DNA of 64,000 nt from Eledone cirrhosa (GCA_964016885.1 OZ024742.1:294376001-294440000); one strand, 5' to 3'. Shown: positions 48,801 to 63,811, counted from the first letter of the stretch. Translations and numbers: made by a program. The notes: a model not told the origin generated them from the letters alone.

Positions 48801-50947
48801 TGGGGGAGACAGACCATACCTTCATCCAGATTGTTTAAATAAAGACCATGGGAAGATCCAAGAAGAAGCTCTAAAATTATTCCGTTCTACAAGAAAGATG
48901 GGTGGATTAGAGTTCAGCCGTTCATACGAAGAGAAACTCCAGAAAGAGATTGAAGAACTCTTTGTGAACTTTTGCAGCCACAATGAGAGCAAAAACATGT
49001 TTAAAACTGCTCGAACCCCTGCTGTCCTTGTTATAATGATGATATTCTTCTACTTTGGGGCAACAATATTTGCCTTCTTTGGACTCAGCCCAGTGGCAGC
49101 ACTGTTTAATCTGATTATGTGGGTTGTTCTCATGTTGATCGTGATTGCAGGATATGTTCGGTTTAGTGGAGACTACATTGATATTGGTTACGCCATTGAC
49201 CAATTAGCTGAAAAAATCTGGGAAAATGTAAGTATTGTTGCAATTAATGTTGCTTCGAATTTTTTGTTTTTGTTTTGAAAGTCACTCTATGTAACCAGTT
49301 TAGAATAGGTACACTACGCCTCTGTATGTTGTAAGAAGTGACAAAGAGGGTTGGTATGTATTTGGTTTAGAATAGGTACACTCTCTCTGTATGTTGAAGA
49401 GGTGACTAAAAGGGTTAGTGCGTATTTGGTTTAGAATAGGTACACTGTCTCTTTGTATGTTGAAGAGGTGACTAAAAGGGTTAATGTATACCTGGTTTAG
49501 AATAGGTACACTGTATGTCTGTATGTTGTAAGAGGTGACTAACATGGTTGGCACCAGGAAGAGCATTCAGTCATAAGACATTGCTCCAAATGATGAGTAT
49601 GAAGCCTTTCATGGAGAAAATAGCTTTAAAATGCTTGCTGCTGCAGTCAGAAGAGGGCAGGGAACTGTTCATGCCCTTTTACAAGTTTTTCAAAATTGGT
49701 GGGAGGGAGAAAACTGGAGACTTGGCCTGAAAACTTGCAGGAGAGTGGATTCCATTAAAGGCATCCAAAGGCCAGGTAGTGGTGGTAGTCTTAAACTGGG
49801 CAATGGATTAAGTCTGCATGCAAGTGGACCACAGTGGAATTTAAATTGAGAATGCAACGACCCAGAGCAAGTATTGCCAAGTATCTCATCCTGCACTCTA
49901 ACAACTCCACCAATCCACCAACTTGGACTAGTATTTTGTTTTATCAAAACAGAATTGCTGAAAGACTTTAGCAGGTTTTAAACTTAAAGCACAGTGTCAG
50001 AACAAATATTGCAAAGCATTTTTTCCAATGTTCTAATGATCCCTAATTCTCCGAGTATCTAGTTTATAATGAGTACACTGTATCTCTGTTGTAATAAGCA
50101 ACTAAAAGGGTTGGCACTAAGAAGGCCATCTGGCTGTAAAACATTGCCTTTAAAAGGGCCTCATGATGGGTATGAAGCTTATCATAGCATTCTTCTTTAG
50201 CAAAGTACATGGTCTTAAAACACTTGTTTTTGTAGTACACTTTGTAAAGTGGTAATGGTGGTACCACAAAAAAAACACACTCAGTGCTCTATTGGTATCC
50301 AGTTATAGCAATCATGTCTAATAAGGAACATGTGTCCAAGATAATGTAGTCCTTGGACCATACCAGTGTTGAAAGCAAATGTAAAGTGATGATAATGATG
50401 ATGTGTCTTGCTCAAGAGCACAACATAATGGAATATATCAAAACTTGAACTTTTGACTTTGTGAGTTATACTACCATCTTAACCTCACAGCCATTACCCA
50501 TCCTATTTCACTGTAGGTAATATGAATTATCATTATCATAATTTCTGTGTCTCCACTTTCCATGCTGTCATGGCCTGGGGGAATAGCTAGTATTTTAAGG
50601 CCATTTTCCCTTGCTAAAACAAAGGTTAACATTGCAGGCCCCATGAAAGGGCCCCATGAAGCAATATCAAGTGCATTTCCTGGTGCCAACCTTTTAGTTA
50701 CCTCTTATGACACAGCGATGCACACAGAAATATGTTGTACTTACTCTAATAACCAGATACGCATACACATACAACTCCTATTAAATATTAAATGAATATT
50801 AAAATTTCTAAAGACAAATATATTTTTGTTTTATTTGTTTTTCTGTATTTTTGTTATTTACAGGTTATTTCTCAACTGTTGGCGAAGGCTGGAGAACAAA
50901 CAGCTAAATATGCTGTTCAAAGCCAGTTGAAAAACAAAAATGTTTGA
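33714..50947 (+). CDS. atl: Atlastin (dynamin-like ER membrane-fusion GTPase), 12 coding exons, ~517 aa: join(33714..33911,35044..35175,39889..39993,40675..40725,41920..41982,42647..42739,44287..44425,45272..45399,46343..46399,46781..46852,48796..49227,50864..50947)
   Basis: Spliced translation gives P-loop GAFRKGKS, G2 [12 protein letters not shown]3 MDTQGAFD, G4 [12 protein letters not shown] linker, ATAEANNL helix bundle, two hydrophobic TM segments and a short tail. All introns are GT-AG with consistent phases. A splice acceptor at 33700 just before the ATG implies upstream exon(s) that I could not locate. Confidence 0.95.
35044..35175 (+). CDS. atl: Atlastin coding exon 2 (GPTHWL...[22 protein letters not shown]...SSGV)
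   Basis: G2 motif; tag acceptor, gtaaat donor; 132 nt in frame. Confidence 0.93.
35647..38425 (+). mobile_element. CR1-group LINE copy C in the atlastin intron after coding exon 2: ORF1 remnant (35651-36169), EN deleted, degraded RT
   Basis: Homologous to copy B; multiple stops and frameshifts; interrupted by a piggyBac fragment. Confidence 0.9.
36233..36799 (-). mobile_element. 5' end of a piggyBac transposon (TIR plus N-terminus of the transposase)
   Basis: TTAA|CCCTTTAGTG end at 36803; acidic N-terminus followed by W...PDF...GP...LDYF, typical of piggyBac transposase N-termini. Confidence 0.7.
38975..39245 (-). mobile_element. 3' end of a CRE-type non-LTR element
   Basis: [25 protein letters not shown] resembles the terminal QRLSxAxxRGNA motif; pyrimidine-rich 3' UTR. 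Confidence 0.5.
39889..39993 (+). CDS. atl: Atlastin coding exon 3 ([14 protein letters not shown]...SSVQ)
   Basis: G3 DTQG motif; AG/GT borders; 105 nt. Confidence 0.95.
40675..40725 (+). CDS. atl: Atlastin coding exon 4 ([17 protein letters not shown])
   Basis: Conserved atlastin peptide; polyT-ccag acceptor, gtaaga donor; 51 nt. Confidence 0.95.
41920..41982 (+). CDS. atl: Atlastin coding exon 5 ([21 protein letters not shown])
   Basis: LFTEYGRL and KPFQ motifs; AG/GT borders; 63 nt. Confidence 0.95.
42647..42739 (+). CDS. atl: Atlastin coding exon 6 ([10 protein letters not shown]...DKRFA)
   Basis: G4 RDW motif; ttcag acceptor, gtgagt donor; 93 nt. Confidence 0.95.
43411..43792. repeat. 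48-bp minisatellite, ~7-8 copies, inside an RTE 3'-UTR-like repeat (43240-43800, minus)
   Basis: Unit gtgtggactgggtgctttttgtcgcgacacctacatgaccactttaca. Confidence 0.9.
44287..44425 (+). CDS. atl: Atlastin coding exon 7 (ITDRLH...[12 protein letters not shown]...KLK)
   Basis: CFLMPHPGL motif; 139 nt, phase-1 donor gtaaat. Confidence 0.95.
44455..45245. repeat. Degenerate ~28-bp tandem repeat (gtggtgatgatattgagtgtgatatcat) interrupted by SINE fragments
   Basis: Directly visible. Confidence 0.7.
45272..45399 (+). CDS. atl: Atlastin coding exon 8 (DIEPDF...[18 protein letters not shown])
   Basis: KEING motif; 128 nt, completes the phase-1 codon. Confidence 0.95.
45416..45643. mobile_element. 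piggyBac-type MITE 16 nt downstream of atlastin exon 8
   Basis: TTAA|CCCTTTAACATT ... AATGCTAAAGGG|TTAA; homologous to 22962-23186. Confidence 0.8.
46343..46399 (+). CDS. atl: Atlastin coding exon 9 ([19 protein letters not shown])
   Basis: Conserved linker; AG/GT borders; 57 nt. Confidence 0.95.
46781..46852 (+). CDS. atl: Atlastin coding exon 10 ([11 protein letters not shown]...NMEA)
   Basis: ATAEANNL motif; AG/GT borders; 72 nt. Confidence 0.95.
47562..47745 (+). mobile_element. tRNA-derived SINE, full-length
   Basis: Same head, core and tail as 21028-21212. Confidence 0.7.
48796..49227 (+). CDS. atl: Atlastin coding exon 11 (helix bundle, KMGG, ARTPA, two TM segments, ...KIWEN)
   Basis: RKMGG, HNESKN and ARTPA motifs plus a hydrophobic hairpin; 432 nt; donor gtaagt. 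Confidence 0.95.
49298..49545. repeat. ~65-bp tandem repeat, 4 copies
   Basis: gtttagaataggtacact...gtatgttg...gaggtgactaa recurs at ~49298, 49365, 49428 and 49495. Confidence 0.85.
50864..50947 (+). CDS. atl: Atlastin terminal coding exon ([27 protein letters not shown])
   Basis: Strong T-rich tract ending in tacag; in-frame amphipathic tail; AATAAA at 50955 just after the stop. Low conservation makes it less certain than the other exons. Confidence 0.75.
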   Translation, partial: VISQLLAKAGEQTAKYAVQSQLKNKNV

Positions 50948-51114
50948 TCATACAAATAAAAAAAGGGGTTAACAAAGCCAAATAAATATAAAATAAACAA
51001 ACCATTTGTTGAATTATTGTGGAAAAAAACAACAAAAAAGATATAAAAAAAAATATTTTGTGATTTTTTTTCCCCCCCATTTTTCACTTAACTTGGAGAA
51101 TAACCAATTTTAAT

Positions 51115-51550
51115 TCTCTACTTAGAGCATAACCAACCAACATTATCTCTAGAGCATAACCAACTACTGTTATTTCTCCATTTCGAGAATAATCACTGTT
51201 ATTTCTCTATTTCGAGAATAACCAGTTATTTCTCTGTTTTGAGAATAACCACTGTTATTTCTTTGTTTTGGGAATAACCACTGTTATTTCTCTATTTTGA
51301 GAATAACCAGTGTCATTTCTTTATTTTGAGAATAACCACTGTTATTTCTCTATTTTGAGAATAACCAGTGTCATTTCTATTTGGAGAATAACAACTGTCA
51401 TTACTCTATTTAGAGAATAACAACTGTCATTACTCTATTTAGAGAATAACAACTGTCATTACTCTATTTAGAGAATAACCACTCTCATTACTCTATTTGG
51501 AGAATAACCAGTGTTATCTCTATTTAGAGAGTAACCAGTGTTATTTCTCT
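51115..51550. repeat. ~27-29-bp palindromic minisatellite, ~15 copies, downstream of the atlastin stop codon
   Basis: Unit gagaataaccactgttatttctctatttt. Confidence 0.9.
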
Positions 51551-52909
51551 TTCTCATTCCAATTATTTAGGAAACCTAGAAAACAGTTTTTTATTTTAAT
51601 TTTAAAGAATTAACTTTTCAATCCAACTACACTTATCTTCATTTGACTTTAGAAGTGTCTTGAATTCATAAATGTACACACACATACATTTTATATGTAC
51701 ATACACACACACACAACACACATATACATTTATATATATATATGTTTGTATGCATCATCATCAGTTGGATTTATGATGATGATATATACACATATATATG
51801 TAATTATGTATTTTCTGTTTCTAGTGAATTGTTTTTACATGATAGAGAAATAATAAAAATAAAAAAAACTTGTTTTCTTCCCTTCAGCCACCTTGAAACC
51901 TCTTCAAACACCTTCTTTATATCCTACAGACTCCCTTAATAATCTCCACCCCGCTCTCAATCCTTTATATGTAAATAGCCAACTTCTTTGTTTTGTCATT
52001 TTGAAAATTGTCTTCATTTTGGTGAGAGGAAATAAAATACTTGGTAAATACAAACTACCAATATTATTTAGTGTAATAACTGTTTGTTGTTTAAAGACAT
52101 GACTAGCTTATTATTATCTCAGCACCAAACTTTGATCATTCCTATTAATAATAATAACCTACCCCATCATTCTGGGCTGTATTAACTCATGGCCAGATCC
52201 CTAGGCTTTCAGCTTTTTCGGGCCTCCTCTGGCACTTCAAACACTCACACTACTACAACAGAAGAAAAAAAAGAAGAAAATTGTGCCCCCCCCCCCCTCC
52301 TCTGTTGTTGTGGGGACCCTAGGTTTCAGCCTAGTCAGCCACATGAACAATGTGGCCTGCCAACATTAAAACTACATCATAAACTAATAACTTTCATTGG
52401 TTCAGTATTTCTTAATTTGAAGAAATTTTAATCCATCAAAATTAAACCCTCTCTGTGTAAACCAAACACATTGCTTTCCTTAATTTCAACCCAAATAACC
52501 TCCCAACCCCACTTCATTGAGTTAATTCACTAACTGCTGTTTGATTTTATAAATTTTAATAGCTGAAAAAATAAAACTAAAAGCTGTAAGCTCTCTAAAA
52601 TAGTATTGTATTATTGTTATTGTTGTTGTTTAGTCCCAGGTAAGTCTTGATCATTGAGGAGACCTTTGATCCCAAAACCATTCCAGCAATGACTGTCTTA
52701 TCTTTTATTCAGACAGACATGTATCTAGGATTACATGCTGCAAAATGGGAACTTTTTGTTCTTCTTTAATTTCTAAATCCTTTTGTTATCATGTACTTTT
52801 AATGAAACCTGAAGTAAAATTCATGAGGTGCATGAGTTTTTATTGGCAGCATGACTCTCCCAAAAGTATAACAGTAGCACAGATGTTAAATGATGAAAAG
52901 GCCGATGAT

Positions 52910-52949
<40 letters not shown>

Positions 52950-52951
52950 GA

Positions 52952-53037
52952 TACAGGGTCTCCCCCCCCCCCCAAATACATTCACACTACAACAGCATTC
53001 TAATAAAAGTGTATACATTTTTGAGGGACATCCTGTA
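52952..53037. mobile_element. Tiny Tc1/mariner-type MITE
   Basis: TA|CAGGGTCTCC ... GGACATCCTG|TA imperfect TIR with TA flanks. Confidence 0.45.
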
Positions 53038-53137
53038 TGTGTGTGTGCATACATACGTACATTGATTTTGTATTTGTTTTGCAAAGTTATTGTGAAATTG
53101 TGTGTTGAAACATGTTATACATGTGAGGGTGGTGTGT

Positions 53138-53291
53138 GTATGTATGTATATATGTATATATATATACGTAGATATGTGTATATACATATATGTACATGTA
53201 TGTACATGTATATATATATGCATGTATATATGTTTATATATATGCATGTATATATATATATATATGCATGTATATATATATATATATATGC

Positions 53292-53334
<43 letters not shown>

Positions 53335-53552
53335 TATATATTATATATATATGCATGTATATATATATATATGCATATATATTATATATATATCCATGTA
53401 TGCATGTATATATATATATAATTGTATATATATATATATACATGTATGTATATATATATATATATATACATGTATGTATATATATATATATGTGTATATA
53501 TATATATGTGTATATATATATATGTATATATGTGTATATATATATATATATA

Positions 53553-53600
<48 letters not shown>
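53138..53600. repeat. (TA)n-derived microsatellite array
   Basis: Directly visible. Confidence 0.95.
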
Positions 53601-53601
<1 letters not shown>

Positions 53602-54210
53602 CATCATCATCATCATCACCGTTTTACGTCCGTTCTTCCACGCTAGCATGGGTTAGACGGGTTGTCCTGTTGTGGGCAGTGTCTGGTCGGCTGACCATGC
53701 CTTGCTCATACAGGAACTGATCTGGCTTGATTTCTACAGCTGGATGCCCTTCCTAACACCAACCTCATTTACAGTGAGTGCTGGGTGCTTTTTCGTGGCG
53801 CCTACACGTCCACTTTACAGTGTAGGCTGGGTGCTTTTTTGCCGTGGCACCTCCACGACCACCTTGCGGTGGGGGGGGGGGGGCATATTGTTTATATGCT
53901 TCAGCATGTACCCATGGGAGGTCGGGTACCCTGTATTACTGCGTGACGCCAGAAGTCACGGTCGTGTGTCATTGACTTTGAGAGGTGTAGTTGGGTAAGG
54001 TCGGCTTTTATCACCTCATCCCAAGTCATCTTGGGTCTCCCCACTCCGTGGTTTCCATCAACTTCTAGTGCTCTGCACCTTTTTATGCAGCTGTCATCCT
54101 TCATACGCATCACATGTCCATACCAGCGTAACCGCCTCTCCTGCACGCAGCATTTGATTCCTCTTATGCTCAGTCTCTCTCTCAATTCCTTTATGCTTTG
54201 TCGTTCACGT
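53601..54210 (-). mobile_element. RTE 3' fragment embedded in (TA)n
   Basis: [14 protein letters not shown]...RLRWYGHV...GRPKMTW, 3' UTR and (GAT)n tail. Confidence 0.9.
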
Positions 54211-56433
<2,223 letters not shown>

Positions 56434-56633
56434 NNNNNNNNNNNNNNNNNNNNNNNNNNNNNNNNNNNNNNNNNNNNNNNNNNNNNNNNNNNNNNNNNNN
56501 NNNNNNNNNNNNNNNNNNNNNNNNNNNNNNNNNNNNNNNNNNNNNNNNNNNNNNNNNNNNNNNNNNNNNNNNNNNNNNNNNNNNNNNNNNNNNNNNNNNN
56601 NNNNNNNNNNNNNNNNNNNNNNNNNNNNNNNNN
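56434..56633. other. Assembly gap (200 N)
   Basis: Run of n. Confidence 1.
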
Positions 56634-56704
56634 AATCCGGTGATATCATCAGGTATTCGAAATATAATACGTGATATTATATATATATATATATATATAT
56701 ATTT

Positions 56705-59700
56705 ATGAACTGCTATTGCTCCCGCTGTCTCTATCTCTCTCCTTCCTTCCTCTCTCTCTCTCTCTAGATCAACGAGCTCTCTCTCTCCCCTCTCTCTCTC
56801 TCTAGATCAACGAGCTCTCTCTCTCCCCCTCTCTCTCTCAGATCAACGAGCTCTCTCTACTCTCCCTCTCCTCTCTCTCTCTCTTCTCTATCTATCACCT
56901 CTCTCTCCCTCTGACCTTCCCCCCACTCTTCCCGCTATCTCTCTCGCTCCCCTCTTCTGTCGCTCTCCCCCTTTTCTTTTTCTTTTCTTCTGTTTCTCTT
57001 TCTTTTTCTCGCTCTCTGGATCGCACAAGCTCTCTCTCTCTTTTTCCTCTAGATCGCTCCTTCAATATCTCACTGGAGTTATATCTCTATCTCCCTCCCT
57101 CTCTCTGTCCCTCTCTACCCTCTACCCTACACTTCCCACTGTCTCTCTTTCTCCCCTCCACAGCGAAATGGACTGCATGCAGGAAAAAGGTGAAATTAGG
57201 AGTCAACGAAACTGGTCAAAGATGGAACTAGCGGTTTTGATCAAGGGGTGGACCATGGCTGATGGGTCTCCACCAAGCAAAAAGATGGCGGAGAACCTGA
57301 AGAGGCCATGGGTTTCTGAGGACCCTGGCACAGATAGAGAGAAAGAGAAAAGAAATTGAGAAGGCGTATGTCCTCATAGCGCCACATATGGCGATGCTAA
57401 GCCGTGTCCTCAGGGAGGAGAAAACCGAAGAGAGGGATGAGGAGAAAGAGAGGGAAAAGGAAAAGGAAAAAGAAAAGGAGGAGAGCACAAGCACGGACCT
57501 GAAAGAAAAATGATATACCCTCCGCCACAGGCAGGGAGGGTAGGCCGGGCAACCAGCAAGCAAAGGGCAAAGGTGAAAAGCGAAATCACCTTCCGAAGGA
57601 GAACCAAGCGCAGAGGGACCAGGGGACAACTGTTCAAAGGAAGAACAGAAATCACCGAGACACTGGGAGCAAAAAAACCCAAGTAATGTGCAAGTTTTTG
57701 AAGAACGGGACATGCTGGCATGGAGAGACAGGGATGAGATGCAGATTCGCCCATCCTAGGTCTCAAACGAACTATGCCCATCATACTCGCGCAACATGCC
57801 CCAGCCAAAGCCGAAATAAGCCGCTCCAGAAGTATGCTGATGTCGCGCGTGCCACACCAACAAGGAGAAGGCACGCACATGCCGACGAGATACAGATGGC
57901 AGCAGCAGATCAGAAAAATTTTTTAGTGATGGCAGAGAAGATTGTGGGACAGCTGACCTGACTGCATCGTCTCCAGAGCCAGGGTCATCCACACCAGCAC
58001 TCGAGACCACCACAGTTAAGGGACCGAGAGTGGCCGCTGCTGACACCAGACCAGGTGTCATACCGACAGCCATTACTGGCACCCCAAAAGTCACACAGTG
58101 CTGCTGCTGAATGTCAGAGGCCTGGTGAAACTCAGTAACATGAGTAAAATTTCCTACCTAGGAGACTTAGCTATAAGCAATCAAGCACTATGCATGGCAC
58201 TAACCGAAACGCACCTGACAGATGCAGAAATACATATACCGAAATATACTGTATTTCGTTCGGACAGGAAGGAGAGAACTCATGGTGGGGTTGCTCTGTA
58301 TATCCGTGAAGATGTCACACCAATTGTACTGTTGACACATTCAAACTCAGTCTGTGACACACTGATAATACATATGAAGCAACTACGGACAGTAATATGT
58401 GTCACATATCGGCCGCCCGATGCCCCCAGTCATGAGGGTAAATTTGAGGATAGCCTAAGTAGGATAGAAGAGGTCCTTGACAAACTGGACCAGGGTCTCA
58501 ACATCCTACTGCTGGGAGACTTCAACCTACCAAAGGTCAAATGGCCTGAGGGCCACCTCCTCGCTGGAATGACGTCAATAGAACAGAGACAGACGGAATC
58601 CCTGCTGGCCCTCACACACAGGCTGTTCATGGAGCAAGCAATACTCCTCCCAACAAGAGGCGAAAATGTCCTGGACCTCTGTTTTACAAACAACGAAGTG
58701 CTCATCCACAATGTAAAGGTGACACCAACAATTCTCTCGGATCATAACTTAGTAGAGCTAATGATATGTGGTCCAAGAGAACCAACAGAGACAAAACCAC
58801 CAAGAAGCTCCGGGACGCTATCCAGCCTTAACTTCTACAAGGCTAACTGGAAAAAGATTAAGAGTGAAATCCGGAAGCAAACATGGAGTGAAAACACCGC
58901 CACACAAGACACTAACACACAATTTCAACACTTCATGACAACGATACACACTATATGCAAAAAGTTTGTCCCGGAGAAAGAGGCAAACAGACACAAAAAT
59001 CTTATTCCCAGAGATAGGAAAATCCTTATGAGACGTAGAACTAAACTCTCAAACCAGTTGAATAGTCAACAAAACAAAAACAAGAAGGAATCCTATTTGA
59101 AACGTGCACTACTTGACACCGAGATTGCACTCAAACTTTCACATGAGAATGAGAGGGCAAAGAAAGAGAACAGGGCCATAGAAAACATTAAAACAAACCC
59201 TAAGGCCTTCTTTAAATTTGCAAAAGAAACTGCCTCAGTACACTGCAAGATTGGGCCACTCTTCCACACGGACGGTTCATTAACCGAAAACCCCCAAGAG
59301 ATATGTGAAATACTGAACGAACAGTACAAAAGTGTGTTCACATGTCCACTGAGGCACATGCAAATAACGAAGCCAGAGGAGTTCTTTGATGCCACAACAC
59401 TACATCAAGAAATGGCAACCATCAACCACATAGACATAACTGAGGAGGATGTGGTGTACGCCATTGATGAAATTAGAACAGACTCGGCTGCTGGACCTGA
59501 TGGATTCCCAGCAGTTCTCTTAAAAATATGTAAGCGGGCCTTAGCAACTCCACTGAAGATGCTCTTCAGAAGCTCCTTGGCTAGCGGTGTACTACCCAGG
59601 GAGCTGAAAGAAGGCACAATATGCCCTATCCATAAAGGAGGTAGTAGAGCGGAGGCCAAGAACTATAGGCCAGTCTCCCTGACGTCGCATATCAGTAAGG

Positions 59701-61126
59701 TCATGGAGCGAGTCGTCAGAAAGAAACTAATCACTTTCCTCGAAGAAAATGACCGCCTGACTAGCACGCAACATGGCTTCCGCCCAGGAAGAAGCTGCCT
59801 TACACAGCTGCTACATCACTACGACTGGGTACTGAGACAACTACTAGACAGCTCACATGTGGACGTGATATATCTTGACTTTGCGAAGGCCTTTGACAAA
59901 GTCGACCATGGAATTATATGTCACAAATTACACGGGCTCGGCATAACTGGAAAAGTAGGTGAGTGGCTGCATTTCTTCCTAAGGGACAGAAGCCAGGCAG
60001 TCGCAGCAAATGGGGCCCTCTCGAGGGAAACACCGATAACAAGTGGGGTGCCCCAGGGGACAGTCCTGGGACCACTACTGTTTTTGGTGGCTCTCTCGGA
60101 CATGCCCTCTGTGGTGCATGCAACAACATCCCTCACTAGCTACGCTGATGACACTAAGGTAGCACAGGCAATCAAAAACCCGGCTGACGCTGCCCTTTTA
60201 CAGCAGGATCTGGATGCCATATACAGATGGGCGGAAGAAAACAACATGCAGTTTAATGCTGGAAAATTCCAAGCCCTACAATACAAACCTGCAAACACAA
60301 ATATAGTGGAACACAGCTACACAGGACCAGGAGGGACCGATATCCCCGTGTCAAAATCGATACGAGACCTGGGCATAGACATGAACGATGATGCATCTTT
60401 TTATTCACACATCATGAAAGTGGCGACAATGTGCAGACGACTTGCTGGCTGGATCATGAGGACTTTCCGGACAAGAGATCGAGACACCATGTTGACACTG
60501 TGGAGGACTTTTGTCCTATGCCGCCTGGACTACTGCTCCCAGTTGTGGTCACCCCATAGTGTCAAACTAACCACGGAGCTTGAGGCAATCCAGCGAAGCT
60601 ACACCAAGAGGATTGCCAAGATGAGGGAGACAAGCTACTGGGAGAGGCTAAAGGAACTGAACCTCTACTCCTTGGAGCGAAGACGGGAGAGATACGCAGT
60701 GATCTACATGTGGAAAATCCTGAAGGGACTAGCACCAAACTTTGGCATTGGGAGCTGGACCAACCGTCGAACAGGACGTCACTGTGTGGTGCCAAAGGTC
60801 CCGTCTTCCACATCTAGAATAAGGAGCAGGTATTGCAATAGCCTGGGATTCAAGGGCCCTCAACTCTTCAACAGGCTGCCGAGGCATCTGAGAGACTTGC
60901 ATGACGTGGAGGTGGATGTCTTTAAGAAACATCTCGACACCTTGTTATCCAGGATCCCGGATGAGCCCACAGCAAGACACGAGGGAAACCTAAGGGCAGC
61001 AGCAACAAACTCCCTCTTACACCAGTGGCCAACCTATACAGGCTGGAGATAAAATGTGTAGCAATAAGGGCGGTGCCCCAGCATGGCCTCAGCCGGATGG
61101 CTGAATCAGGTAAAAGAGTAAAAGAG

Positions 61127-61127
<1 letters not shown>
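56705..61127 (+). mobile_element. Near full-length CR1-group LINE of a second family: CT-rich 5' UTR, frameshifted ORF1 with CCCH finger (57168-57961), intact ORF2, short 3' tail; flanked by (TA)n
   Basis: ORF1 C-x7-C-x8-C-x3-H; ORF2 EN and RT motifs; tail hairpin cagcc-ggat-ggctg plus (taaaagag)2; 5' UTR repeat agatcaacgagctctctct x3. Confidence 0.9.
58098..61052 (+). CDS. LINE ORF2: APE endonuclease + reverse transcriptase (984 aa, uninterrupted)
   Basis: [77 protein letters not shown]. Confidence 0.92.
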   Translation: MLLLNVRGLVKLSNMSKISYLGDLAISNQALCMALTETHLTDAEIHIPKYTVFRSDRKERTHGGVALYIREDVTPIVLLTHSNSVCDTLIIHMKQLRTVICVTYRPPDAPSHEGKFEDSLSRIEEVLDKLDQGLNILLLGDFNLPKVKWPEGHLLAGMTSIEQRQTESLLALTHRLFMEQAILLPTRGENVLDLCFTNNEVLIHNVKVTPTILSDHNLVELMICGPREPTETKPPRSSGTLSSLNFYKANWKKIKSEIRKQTWSENTATQDTNTQFQHFMTTIHTICKKFVPEKEANRHKNLIPRDRKILMRRRTKLSNQLNSQQNKNKKESYLKRALLDTEIALKLSHENERAKKENRAIENIKTNPKAFFKFAKETASVHCKIGPLFHTDGSLTENPQEICEILNEQYKSVFTCPLRHMQITKPEEFFDATTLHQEMATINHIDITEEDVVYAIDEIRTDSAAGPDGFPAVLLKICKRALATPLKMLFRSSLASGVLPRELKEGTICPIHKGGSRAEAKNYRPVSLTSHISKVMERVVRKKLITFLEENDRLTSTQHGFRPGRSCLTQLLHHYDWVLRQLLDSSHVDVIYLDFAKAFDKVDHGIICHKLHGLGITGKVGEWLHFFLRDRSQAVAANGALSRETPITSGVPQGTVLGPLLFLVALSDMPSVVHATTSLTSYADDTKVAQAIKNPADAALLQQDLDAIYRWAEENNMQFNAGKFQALQYKPANTNIVEHSYTGPGGTDIPVSKSIRDLGIDMNDDASFYSHIMKVATMCRRLAGWIMRTFRTRDRDTMLTLWRTFVLCRLDYCSQLWSPHSVKLTTELEAIQRSYTKRIAKMRETSYWERLKELNLYSLERRRERYAVIYMWKILKGLAPNFGIGSWTNRRTGRHCVVPKVPSSTSRIRSRYCNSLGFKGPQLFNRLPRHLRDLHDVEVDVFKKHLDTLLSRIPDEPTARHEGNLRAAATNSLLHQWPTYTGWR

Positions 61128-62713
<1,586 letters not shown>

Positions 62714-62928
62714 ATTAAGATAAGCAGAACAAGCAAAATTCAACCAATTTTTAAAAATAAATTAAAAAATATAATTTAAATATTTACCCATTCTTTTGGC
62801 CCTTACCGATCGGTTTCGCTTTGTAAAACACCAGAAATACAGGAAAGGAAAATGCTTCTCTGATGAGCTTTGATTTTCCATTGGAAATCCATTGGATTTC
62901 TGGTGTTTTACAAAGCGAAATATATATC

Positions 62929-63811
62929 TTTTTATGATGTATTGTTTTTGTTTATGCCACGAAACTACGTAGTCGAGGAATCTAGGAGCAGTTTAGGTAT
63001 GATACATTTTATTACTAATTATATCTAAATGTTTCTTCTCTCTTCATAATGTAATTTTAACTCTGATACTGGTTCAGTCTAGTTCAACCGGATTGGTCTG
63101 TCCCAGTCATTCATTGAGCAACATCGGTGAGGTTGGCACCCTTAACTCACGGTTGGGTGTGGATGCATTCATGTATATGTGTGTGTCCGCATGTATCTGT
63201 GTGTTTCTAAATATATTGTTAATAACTCCCTCTGGTTGAGTAATCTTTGAAGTGTGGTGACTGCTGGAAAGCTGCCATTACTCATACTTCTCGCCTCCTT
63301 CACCACCTCTTCTACGGCTTCGATGTGAATACCCCCTCCGCCTCTGTGGTATTTTATTCGGGGTTATAAGAGGCTTAGCTCTGTTTCTCGACCGTTATAT
63401 CGCGTGACTATCTCCCCCTCCGCCTTTTGGGATTCTTTCTCACGCCGTGTAGACGCGTTCTTGAGACTAGTAAAATGAGGTATCCTCTTGATAAGTCGGC
63501 AGACCTCACAGGGACTCTATATATTTTTATGATGTATTGTTTTTGTTTATGCCACGAAACTACGTAGTCGAGGAATCTAGGAGCAGTTTAGGTATGATAC
63601 ATTATATTACTAATTATATCTAAATGTTTCTTCTCTCTTCATAATGTAATTTTAACTCTGATACTGGTTCAGTCTAGTTCAACCGGATTGGTCTGTCCCA
63701 GTCATTCATTGAGCAACATCGGTGAGGTTGGCACCCTTAACTCACGGTTGGGTGTGGATGCATTCATGTATATGTGTGTGTCCGCATGTATCTGTGTGTT
63801 TCTAAATATAT

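Noticed and set aside
49640-49870. Possible old LINE 3' fragment, similar to ~40200-40370
   Set aside because: Similarity too weak to assign a family or boundaries by eye
51115-51550. Palindromic 29-bp repeats as a CRISPR array
   Set aside because: Units are contiguous with no spacers
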